A DNA stretch of 14,012 bases from Candidatus Thorarchaeota archaeon (lineage in GTDB: Archaea > Asgardarchaeota > Thorarchaeia > Thorarchaeales > Thorarchaeaceae), in assembly GCA_016840855.1 (NCBI GenBank), contig JAEORO010000226.1, positions 1-14,012 of the forward strand, in the 5' to 3' direction. Under the pieces are notes generated by a model, which saw only the letters and a list, made by a program, of their open reading frames with translations, searched no databases and had not been told where the DNA came from. The stretch's first letter is position 1; the number at the start of each line of letters is the position of its first letter. Position numbers and translations under genes: made by a program. Shown piece after piece: positions 6,864 to 14,012 of this stretch.

Positions 6864-8032
6864 ACATCTCCCCTCCGCATTACAGTCACTACACATGTAG
6901 CACCAGTACCTCCAAAATTATGGACAACTGCTGCATCATGTTTAGCTACCTGATTTGGTCCTGCATCACCAATCAGTTCTCTATATGCAACAACAGCTTG
7001 TTTTACTCCAGTAGCACCAACAGGATGTCCGACTGCTTTGAGCCCACCCATAGGATTGATTGGTCTATCACCATCGAGGGCAGTCACACCATCGCGAACT
7101 GCTCGTGCACCTTCTCCTGGTCTGAAGAAACCAATATCCTCACTGGCAATAATCTCAGCAATTGTGAAACAATCATGAACGATAGCAAAGTCCATATCCT
7201 TAGCCTCGAGTCCTGCCATCTTATATGCAGCCTTGCTTGCTTCGACTGAGGCACTAAAAGAGGTCAAATCTTTGCGATCGCAAAGGTTCATTGATGCAGA
7301 AGCTTGACCAGACCCAGTTATTTTCACTGGTAAGTCCGTGTACTTCTTCGCTTTGTCATTTGACGTAAGTACAAGTGCCGCAGCTCCATCTGATATAGGA
7401 GAACAGTCAAAGAGTTTCAAAGGCCAAGCAATGTAGCGTGGTGTCAATGCCTTCTCCAATGTAATTTCCTTTTGAAATTGTGCCAAAGGATTTGTCGAAG
7501 CATTCTTGTGAGCCTTTACAGCAACGAGTGCCATATCCTCTTCTGTGGTACCATATTTTTGCATATGTGCAACTGCTGCAAGTCCAAAGACACCAGGAAA
7601 TGTCAGACCAATACTGGATTCAAACTGGTCATCAGCTGCTGCCGCAAGAGCTTCTGTCGCACCACTTGTGGACACAGAGGTCATTTTCTCAACTCCAGCG
7701 ACAAGAACTGTGTCGTACATTTCAGATTCAATCGCCATTACTGCAGCGCGTAGTGCTGTTGCTCCAGACGCACAAGCAGCCTCATGACGTGTTGCTGGAA
7801 GTCCTTTGAGACCTGCAAAGTCAAGTAATAGCGGAGCGGTGTGCCCTTGATGGATTAGCATCTCAGGGATAAAACTACCAATGAAGGCAGCCTGAATATC
7901 CTTCTTAGGTACACCCGCATCAATAGTAGCCTTGTTCACAGCTTCGGAGAAAATCTCTCTGAGAGTCACACCCTCAAGAGCCCCAAATTTCGTCTGAGCT
8001 GCACTAACAATGTTCGTGTTCTTTAGTGGCAA
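6860..8032 (-). CDS. Thiolase (acetyl-CoA C-acyltransferase, archaeal/SCP2-like type)
   Basis: EAACASG nucleophile Cys, VAGVEKMT, LFDCSPISDGAAA, HDCF motif, GGLKAVGHPVGATG and C-terminal HNFGG. TTG start preceded by GAGAGGTGG. Confidence 0.95.
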   Translation of the reverse strand: MPLKNTNIVSAAQTKFGALEGVTLREIFSEAVNKATIDAGVPKKDIQAAFIGSFIPEMLIHQGHTAPLLLDFAGLKGLPATRHEAACASGATALRAAVMAIESEMYDTVLVAGVEKMTSVSTSGATEALAAAADDQFESSIGLTFPGVFGLAAVAHMQKYGTTEEDMALVAVKAHKNASTNPLAQFQKEITLEKALTPRYIAWPLKLFDCSPISDGAAALVLTSNDKAKKYTDLPVKITGSGQASASMNLCDRKDLTSFSASVEASKAAYKMAGLEAKDMDFAIVHDCFTIAEIIASEDIGFFRPGEGARAVRDGVTALDGDRPINPMGGLKAVGHPVGATGVKQAVVAYRELIGDAGPNQVAKHDAAVVHNFGGTGATCVVTVMRRGDV

Positions 8033-8039
8033 CTAGCGA

Positions 8040-8050
8040 TTCCACCTCTC
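8040..8050 (-). promoter_or_regulatory. Shine-Dalgarno-like site of the thiolase gene
   Basis: The minus strand reads GAGAGGTGGAA-TCGCTAG-TTG(start), an archaeal GAGGTG-type SD at typical spacing. Confidence 0.55.
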
Positions 8051-8213
8051 AATTTTACTAGCTGTCACGCAAAAAACGAGTACAAAAATGTAGAGGCGTG
8101 AGAGCTTTTTCATCTTTTCAAGGGTTAAATTCCGAAAAGAAAAATCGTCAGTTGTTTACGTGATTAGCTAACTTTTTGTTAACTCAGTCTCTGCTGGAAA
8201 TGGTGACTCCAAG

Positions 8214-8576
8214 ATGATACTGCCATTTGTGCTTGGATATTTGATAGGTAGATATGTTGGGAGGAAAACACTGAACATTATCATCGGATTACTCTTGGGT
8301 GTGGCTTTAGGGTTGGGTGCCACCTATACACTCATTCCTCTAATGTACCCAATTTTCACTGGAAACGCAGGATTAGTAGTAGTTCCAGAACTCCGTTCTA
8401 TTGGTATAATGATTCTCATCCCTGATTTTGTCGTCTATACTGAAACTGTATACATGTTCACTCATTCATACATCATTGATCTTGCATTTACATCGATTGG
8501 AGCCATCGCTGGCGCACTCGGTACATGGTATGGCTCAATTCATAGGCTTGACAAAAATACTACTGTCTTTGACTAG
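8214..8576 (+). CDS. Small hypothetical membrane protein (about 3 TM segments)
   Basis: 120 aa, Gly-rich hydrophobic segments (ILPFVLGYLIG; IIIGLLLGVALGLGA; LAFTSIGAIAGALG). A GGTGA SD lies just upstream of the ATG. Confidence 0.7.
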   Translation: MILPFVLGYLIGRYVGRKTLNIIIGLLLGVALGLGATYTLIPLMYPIFTGNAGLVVVPELRSIGIMILIPDFVVYTETVYMFTHSYIIDLAFTSIGAIAGALGTWYGSIHRLDKNTTVFD

Positions 8577-8645
8577 TTTTGGATGAATATAATGTCCAGT
8601 CCGAAGACATAATAGGATGTAGCGATTGGCCTATGCCGATTGACA

Positions 8646-9848
8646 ATGGACTTCTCACTGTCTGAAAAAGAACAAAAGCTTTGGGAGAGAGCCAAAGCAT
8701 TCACAGCAGAGCATATCACACCTCGTGCTCAAGAACTTGAAAAAAAGGGCGAGTTCCCGAAGGATGTTGTCCAAAAAGCCTATGAAGCAGGCCTGATGAA
8801 CCTTCACATACCAACTGAGGCGGGAGGTCCTGGGCTTTCACTGCTTGCCGAAACATTAGTTTCAGAGGCGACTGGGTACGGATGTGCAGGATTGGCAACG
8901 ACAATAATGTGTAATAATTTAGCATTCACGCCTCTAGTGATAGGCGCAACGATTGAGCAATTGCAGACTTATATTGAACCACTGATTACAGGGAAAGAGG
9001 CTAAATTTGGAGCATTCTCTTTAACAGAGAGAAAAGCCGGTTCTGACGCAGCTGCTGTTGCCACAAGGGCTGTGCGTGATGGCGACGAGTACGTGATCAA
9101 CGGAATGAAATGCTGGATTACAAACGCACCAGTAGCTTCACTCTTTACTGTATTCGCATCGACCCAGCCAGAGCTTAAACACAAAGGCCTTTCTGTTTTC
9201 ATGGTTCCGAAGAGTAAGAACGTGAAAATCGGCCATATTGAGAATAAGGTAGGCCAGCTTAATTCCATCCAAAGTGAAGTGATCTTTGAGGATGTTCGAG
9301 TACCTAAAGATTGTCTTGTAGGGAAAGAAGGTGATGGTTTCAAAATTGCAATGATGACTCTGGACAAAACAAGAGCAGGAATAGCTGCGATTGCAACAGG
9401 AGTGGCGCAACGTGCTGTAGACGAGGCAGCAAAGTTTGCTAATATTCGACACCAATTTGGACAACCGATTGGTGCCTTCCAAGGCATTAGCTTCACACTT
9501 GCAGACATGGGAGCTAAGACAGCAGCGGCAAGATGGCAAACTCGTTATGCTGCTTGGATGGCTGACCAAGGATTGCCTAACTCAAAAGATTCTGCATTTG
9601 CAAAATTCTTCGCTTCTGACACTGCAATGCAGAATGCCATTGAATGTGTCCAGATTATGGGTGGCTATGGGTATGTAGAAGAATACCCTGCTGAGAAATT
9701 AATGAGAGACGCGAAGCTTCTACAGATTTATGAGGGAACAAATCAGGTTCAACGACTTGTCGCTGGAAATGTAATCCTTAAAGAAAGCGTTAATCTTGAT
9801 ACAGGCTTCCGATTCAAGTATGATGGGCGTGATGCTCCTACAATGTAA
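8646..9848 (+). CDS. Acyl-CoA dehydrogenase
   Basis: FSLTERKAGSDAA, YVINGMKCWITNA, RHQFGQPIGAFQGI, QIMGGYGYVEEYPAEKLMRDAK and IYEGTNQVQR with the catalytic Glu at the SCAD/MCAD-type position. ATG 8646 (MDFSLS) preferred; TTG 8640 is an alternative. Confidence 0.96.
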   Translation: MDFSLSEKEQKLWERAKAFTAEHITPRAQELEKKGEFPKDVVQKAYEAGLMNLHIPTEAGGPGLSLLAETLVSEATGYGCAGLATTIMCNNLAFTPLVIGATIEQLQTYIEPLITGKEAKFGAFSLTERKAGSDAAAVATRAVRDGDEYVINGMKCWITNAPVASLFTVFASTQPELKHKGLSVFMVPKSKNVKIGHIENKVGQLNSIQSEVIFEDVRVPKDCLVGKEGDGFKIAMMTLDKTRAGIAAIATGVAQRAVDEAAKFANIRHQFGQPIGAFQGISFTLADMGAKTAAARWQTRYAAWMADQGLPNSKDSAFAKFFASDTAMQNAIECVQIMGGYGYVEEYPAEKLMRDAKLLQIYEGTNQVQRLVAGNVILKESVNLDTGFRFKYDGRDAPTM

Positions 9849-9856
9849 GAATAGTT

Positions 9857-9898
9857 GACCGTGTAGTCCTGCACGGTCTTCTTTTCTCTATTATTTTC
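9857..9898 (+). terminator. Putative terminator: hairpin followed by a pyrimidine/T-rich tract
   Basis: GACCGTGTA-gtcc-TGCACGGTC (9857-9878; 9-bp stem with one G-U pair) immediately followed by TTCTTTTCTCTATTATTTTC, 8 nt after the ACAD stop. Confidence 0.6.
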
Positions 9899-9972
9899 AA
9901 AACAAATCTATGGTTACTTACTTAAGAGAGATTTACTCCGACCAAGTCATCACTGACTGGAGATTCACACTC

Positions 9973-10719
9973 TTGGGCGAGAACGAAACGTTATGGACAA
10001 TTAAGAATCGTCGAGCAATAAGAGACTATGACACAAACAAGGACGTTCCGGATGAGCTAATATACAAAGTTCTTGAGGCTGGCGGATATGCACCAAGTGC
10101 AGAGAATCAGCAACCTTGGCGTGTCATTGTTATACGTGACAAAAAGATTCAGGAGTTTATAGGTCAGATTGCTGTTGACCGAACGATCGAGCTATTCGGA
10201 CGAGCTACACCTCGCGAAGAGCTAGAGCGGCGACTCAGCTATATTGAATCTAAAGTAAGTCTGGAACGGACAATTGATATTTTGATCAGTGGCCAGCGGT
10301 TTGAATACATCAAAGGAAAATCAGAAACCAATGGAGCACCAGTTCTTCTTGTATTGGCTATTGATCAGACGCACGTTGGAAATTCACAAGCAACCCTTCG
10401 TGGAACAGGGGGAGTTTATGGATGGTCATCGCCAAGACACGCAGTCATTGCAGGGTCTATGATGATGCAAAACATGGCTTTGGCAGCAACAGCTCTGGGT
10501 CTTGGCAGTTGTGTATCCTCTGTTCAGCTGGACCATTTTGATGATGTCGGTGCAATTTCAGAGAAACTGGGAATTCCCTTTCCGCATTGGGTGCCAATCC
10601 TATGCCTAACATTAGGTTACGCAAAAAATGAAAGAACGCTTGGACCGCCAAGACAGGCGCCTGAGGAAATTGCTTTTTTGAACAAATGGGGTAATGCTTT
10701 CAAGGAGGGCAAGAAATGA
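9973..10719 (+). CDS. Nitroreductase-family flavoprotein (FMN-binding)
   Basis: TIKNRRAIRDY, APSAENQQPWRVIVIRD, MMQNMALAATALGLGSC and LTLGY motifs. The TTG at 9973 after GGAG is preferred because it places the RRxxR motif near the N-terminus; ATG 9910 is an alternative. Confidence 0.9.
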   Translation: MGENETLWTIKNRRAIRDYDTNKDVPDELIYKVLEAGGYAPSAENQQPWRVIVIRDKKIQEFIGQIAVDRTIELFGRATPREELERRLSYIESKVSLERTIDILISGQRFEYIKGKSETNGAPVLLVLAIDQTHVGNSQATLRGTGGVYGWSSPRHAVIAGSMMMQNMALAATALGLGSCVSSVQLDHFDDVGAISEKLGIPFPHWVPILCLTLGYAKNERTLGPPRQAPEEIAFLNKWGNAFKEGKK

Positions 10720-11264
10720 GTGAACTAGAACTTCTTAGAAATAGCTTTGTGGCATTCTTAGATGGCTTATGGTGGGGGCTTCGTGACAATACAGGACCTC
10801 TTTCCATGTATGAAGGGTACATTAGAGGATTCAAGCAAATTGGGTTCGAAGCTGCAGAAACAAATAATGGTAAAGGCCCTAATACCGCTGCTGAGATTGC
10901 TGGAAGACTTTTTGATGCAATAGGACTTGACACAGAAGTCGAAGATAGAAAAATCATTGTGAAGTCATGTCCAGTCTGGAACAGAATTCTTGAGAGAGGT
11001 CTTGAATACGCATTTCATGTTGAAGAGATTTGTTGGATTCCAATGCTGGAAGGAATTGGCGAGAGAGTCGGTGCAAAACCAACTATGGAGTCAGACCTAA
11101 GACTCATTCATATCGAACACTCAAAGATTGAGTATAAGAAGAGTAAAGCGAAACGAGCATTCGAAAAAGGACAGCTGTCAAAGAAAGATTATGAGAACCA
11201 AATAATCTTGATTCAGAAAAGCATGGACAGTTTGCCTAAGGTCGGTGTGTACAGATTTGATTAA
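10716..11264 (+). CDS. Hypothetical protein, V4R/H-NOX-like (DUF6125-like) fold
   Basis: ATGA overlap with the nitroreductase stop. Helical N-terminus with LDGLWW, then IIVKSCP...ICWIPMLEGI, which resembles the CP...C...xxG pattern of V4R-type domains. The ORF is solid; the family assignment is tentative. Confidence 0.65.
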   Translation: MSELELLRNSFVAFLDGLWWGLRDNTGPLSMYEGYIRGFKQIGFEAAETNNGKGPNTAAEIAGRLFDAIGLDTEVEDRKIIVKSCPVWNRILERGLEYAFHVEEICWIPMLEGIGERVGAKPTMESDLRLIHIEHSKIEYKKSKAKRAFEKGQLSKKDYENQIILIQKSMDSLPKVGVYRFD

Positions 11265-11299
11265 GCCAAAAGATGATTGAAAAAGGTGGGCAAGAACAA

Positions 11300-12565
11300 A
11301 TGGAGAATCTTGAGAAAGCTGGACTTGCCGTCAATTATAACAAGATTCCAGAAACAAAACCAAAGACGCTTCCCAAACGAGTTCATATCTGGGACGAAAC
11401 TCTTCGCGATGGAGAACAAACACCTGGTGTTGCACTCACAATAGATGAAAAGATTGAGATTGCTAAGAAACTCGATGAGGTTGGAGCGGCGATTGTCGCA
11501 GTTGGTTTTCCTGCTGTAAGTAGAGAGGAGAAAAAGGCTGTTGCAGCTATTGCTAAGGAAGGACTTGCAAAAGCATCTGTTGCAGCACCTGCACGCGCTG
11601 TAATTTCTGACGTACAGGCATGTGTAGAAGCAGGAGTTAAAGAAGTTCCAATTTTTATTGCCACATCTGACTTCAGACTAAAGTATCAGCTGAGAATGAC
11701 TCGTGATGAGATGCTTGAGCGTCTTACTGAATGCATAGAATATGGGAAAGAACATGGTCTCACTATTGATTATATAGCAGAGGACGCGACACGCACTAAC
11801 ATGGAATTTCTGTGTGAAGCATATAGAACAGCTATCGATGCAGGTGCAGATAAAATCTGTATCGCAGACACAGTGGGATTTGTGCGACCAGAGGTCATGA
11901 AGCACATTACAAGAGAGATCAAAACAAAACTGCGGACCAAATCAAAATACAAAGTGCCTCTCGCAGTGCATTGCCATGATGACTTTGGTCTGGCAACAGC
12001 AAATACGTTGGCGGCTGTTGAAGAAGGAGTGACATTTCCACAGGTCTGTGTTAATGCCTATGGAGAACGAGCAGGGAATGCAGCCTTTGAAGAGATTGTC
12101 ATGGCTCTTGAAGAGCTCTATGGAGTTGATACTGGAATTGAAACTGAGAAGCTCTATGGACTATCCAAACTTGTGGAACGCTATTTTGTCGTACCTTTGC
12201 CACTCCATAAGGCAATCAGTGGCGACAATGCATTTACTCACTCTAGCGGCATTCACTCACATGGTCAACTCACTCATTCAATGACTTATGAGCCAATTAG
12301 TCCAACTCGAGTAGGAAGACGTAGAGAGTTTCATCTGGGAAAATTCGTAGGAAGGCATTTTGTTGAGTATTTACTAAAGATGGGTGGTGTGAAAGCCACA
12401 CCTGAACAAGCACGTGAGATAACAGAACGTGTGAAGCGCACTCATGAAGAACAAAAGAAAACTCAATCCAAAGTTGCTTTTGACAAGATAAAGGGAGAAC
12501 TGAAAGACCTCAGAACAGGTGTTTCTGAACGTGAGTTCTGGGCTATCGTATTTGACGTAGTCTAA
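11300..12565 (+). CDS. DRE-TIM metallolyase: 2-isopropylmalate/homocitrate/citramalate synthase family, lacking the C-terminal LeuA regulatory domain
   Basis: IWDETLRDGEQTPG, AEDATRT, IADTVG, HCHDDFGLATANTLAA, GERAGNAAFEE, AFTHSSGIH, YEPISP..VG and LGKFVGRH. About 420 aa. ATG 11300 follows GGTGG; ATG 11273 is an alternative. Confidence 0.92.
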   Translation: MENLEKAGLAVNYNKIPETKPKTLPKRVHIWDETLRDGEQTPGVALTIDEKIEIAKKLDEVGAAIVAVGFPAVSREEKKAVAAIAKEGLAKASVAAPARAVISDVQACVEAGVKEVPIFIATSDFRLKYQLRMTRDEMLERLTECIEYGKEHGLTIDYIAEDATRTNMEFLCEAYRTAIDAGADKICIADTVGFVRPEVMKHITREIKTKLRTKSKYKVPLAVHCHDDFGLATANTLAAVEEGVTFPQVCVNAYGERAGNAAFEEIVMALEELYGVDTGIETEKLYGLSKLVERYFVVPLPLHKAISGDNAFTHSSGIHSHGQLTHSMTYEPISPTRVGRRREFHLGKFVGRHFVEYLLKMGGVKATPEQAREITERVKRTHEEQKKTQSKVAFDKIKGELKDLRTGVSEREFWAIVFDVV

Positions 12566-12695
12566 ATTTTAGATTGTGACTTGCTCAAGGTTTAATGGAT
12601 TTACGCAGTCTTGATAGAGGGTTTAGAGATAGTTGATTCTCGCAAAATCTCGATAGACCGATTCACTTTTCCACATATTGGAATAATAGTAATTT

Positions 12696-13418
12696 ATGAC
12701 CGATGCGTGGAGTGAGATAATGAGAGATGCAGCAGAAGGTGTTTCAGGTGAATACGTCATAGAGAGAGAGGATGGGAGAATAGAAACCCTTCAGGTCAGT
12801 GACTATGTCAAACTTTTCTCGGAGTGGGATGAGCTTGAACGCCAAGCAATAAAGCATGCAAAAGGAAAAGTCCTGGACATCGGGTGTGGTGCGGGTAGGG
12901 TTGCACTATATCTTCAAGAACTTGGCCATGAGGTTGTTGGTATCGATTATGCTCCGGATGCAATTGCGGCGTGCAAAGTACGGGGGCTGAAAGATGCACT
13001 TGTGATGTCTGTGAACGATTTGAAGTTCAACGCGGAAACTTTTGATACAGTAGTAATGTTTGGAAATAACTTTGGGATTGCAGGTGGGGAGAAACAGACA
13101 CTATCAATGCTTCGTACTCTACATAAAATCACAACATCTAATGCCATAATACTTGCAGGTAGTGTAGACGCTGTGAACACTAGCAATGAAGACCATTTGA
13201 AATATCACGAGATGAATAGATCAAAGAACAGACCACCAGGCTTAGTAAGAATCAGAGTAAAGTACAAGGAGTATGTAACTGATTGGTCAGATCTCTGGTT
13301 AGTAACTCTAAATGAGCTAAAGATACTCACTGAAAAAAGTGGATGGCTAGTCAGCAAAATATACCAGACCGGTAAGATTAACCAACCAGCATACGTTGGA
13401 GTTCTAAGCAAGAAGTGA
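12696..13418 (+). CDS. Class I SAM-dependent methyltransferase
   Basis: Motif I VLDIGCGAGR, post-I VVGID, motif II FDTVVMFGNNFG. Substrate unknown. Confidence 0.92.
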   Translation: MTDAWSEIMRDAAEGVSGEYVIEREDGRIETLQVSDYVKLFSEWDELERQAIKHAKGKVLDIGCGAGRVALYLQELGHEVVGIDYAPDAIAACKVRGLKDALVMSVNDLKFNAETFDTVVMFGNNFGIAGGEKQTLSMLRTLHKITTSNAIILAGSVDAVNTSNEDHLKYHEMNRSKNRPPGLVRIRVKYKEYVTDWSDLWLVTLNELKILTEKSGWLVSKIYQTGKINQPAYVGVLSKK

Positions 13419-13957
13419 GTATCATGACCATCTATGCGCTTGGAGATAAAATACCAGAGATTGCATCTACAGCATATGTTCATCCACAAGCTTCGGTCAT
13501 CGGAGATGTGAAAATTGGACAGCGTGTGTTTGTTGCACCCATGGCTTCAATTAGAGGAGATCGAGGGAAAATCGAAATTGGTGATGAAACAAATGTACAG
13601 GATGGAGCCATAATCCATTCAGATCCAAGTTTTGTGACTAGGATTGGACGCCGTGTAAATATTGGCCACAACGCAACAATCCATGCTGAATGCATTGAGG
13701 ATAATGCTGCCATTGGTATGGGCGCAGTCCTAATGCTTGGCAGTAAAGTAGCAGAAGGTGCAATGATCGCTAACTCAGCTCTTCTTCATTATAAGGCCAA
13801 GACCGAGCCAAACAAAATCTATGCTGGAGTTCCTGCAAAATATATGCGAAACATCGACCCCAAAAGTGATGCTAGACAAGCGATCGATGAATATCTAGAC
13901 TCATATGTCACCTTAACGAACGTGTATAAAACAGACCTCAGAAAAATTCATGAATAA
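13415..13957 (+). CDS. Gamma-carbonic anhydrase-family protein (YrdA/CaiE/PaaY-like, left-handed beta-helix)
   Basis: Hexapeptide repeats (AYVHPQASVIGDVKIG), IRGD, NVQDGAIIH and IGHNATIH containing the three Zn-ligand His, plus YAGVPAK. GTGA overlap with the methyltransferase stop; ATG 13424 is an alternative start. Confidence 0.93.
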   Translation: MSIMTIYALGDKIPEIASTAYVHPQASVIGDVKIGQRVFVAPMASIRGDRGKIEIGDETNVQDGAIIHSDPSFVTRIGRRVNIGHNATIHAECIEDNAAIGMGAVLMLGSKVAEGAMIANSALLHYKAKTEPNKIYAGVPAKYMRNIDPKSDARQAIDEYLDSYVTLTNVYKTDLRKIHE

Positions 13958-13987
13958 AATAGTCTTAGACCCATAAGTTTTTCAGTA

Positions 13988-14007
13988 ATATTAACAATAG
14001 TTAATAT
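13988..14007. promoter_or_regulatory. Perfect inverted repeat, candidate transcription-factor operator
   Basis: ATATTAAC-aata-GTTAATAT, directly abutting an ATG at 14008 at the window edge. Confidence 0.45.
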
Positions 14008-14012
14008 ATGAG

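Noticed and set aside
6864-6896. Extended DUF35 N-terminus MCSDCNAEGRC suggesting an extra CxxC
   Set aside because: It lies within the thiolase 3' end in another frame. The ATGA-coupled start at 6863 gives a normal-length DUF35 protein.
6474-8032. Mevalonate-pathway thiolase/HMG-CoA synthase/DUF35 cluster
   Set aside because: No HMG-CoA synthase gene is adjacent, so the pathway cannot be assigned from this window.
8168-8183. CTAAC-ttttt-GTTAA as a second copy of the 13988-14007 palindrome
   Set aside because: The spacer differs (5 versus 4 nt), the arms are imperfect and the context is AT-rich, so it could easily be chance.
8969-9569. Long antisense ORFs (179 aa and 143 aa) opposite the acyl-CoA dehydrogenase
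   Set aside because: Typical shadow ORFs of a conserved gene, with no recognisable domain or independent signals.
11300-12565. Naming the synthase leuA, cimA, aksA or nifV
   Set aside because: No pathway neighbours or diagnostic regulatory domain are present, and motifs alone do not determine the substrate.
12669-12683. TTCCA-catat-TGGAA palindrome upstream of the methyltransferase
   Set aside because: Arms of only 5 bp are expected by chance without supporting copies.
1-14012. tRNA/rRNA genes, CRISPR arrays, transposases or integrases, Sec/Pyl read-through
   Set aside because: Intergenic gaps are short (under 200 nt) with no cloverleaf, repeat-spacer pattern or terminal repeats seen. The recognisable enzymes end at their expected C-termini, so no recoding is needed.

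Overview
Gene-dense archaeal window with 14 CDS. No rRNA, tRNA, CRISPR array or mobile element was recognised. Gene content and style (archaeal thiolase-DUF35 pair, GGTG(A)/GAGG-type SD sites, TTG starts, a longin-like domain on a membrane protein) point to an Asgard archaeon, most plausibly Thorarchaeia; this is inference. From left to right: the 3' part of a large single-pass surface protein (tandem Ig-like repeats, TM helix, cytoplasmic longin-like domain, winged-helix-like domain, acidic tail); a small hypothetical; a full-length LarA (lactate racemase)-family protein that appears to have lost its nickel-pincer and catalytic residues; a DedA/VTT membrane protein; an unknown protein with a Vps62/NPP1-like HxxD(W/Y)E motif; a thiolase + DUF35 pair; a small membrane protein; an acyl-CoA dehydrogenase followed by a hairpin/T-tract; a nitroreductase, a V4R-like protein and a DRE-TIM (isopropylmalate/homocitrate/citramalate synthase-like) enzyme in a tight operon; and a SAM methyltransferase coupled to a gamma-carbonic anhydrase-family protein. 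The best candidates for something undescribed are the receptor-like Ig-TM-longin-wH protein, the LarA pseudoenzyme and the Vps62/NPP1-motif protein. All family calls come from motif recognition by eye; no database search was run.
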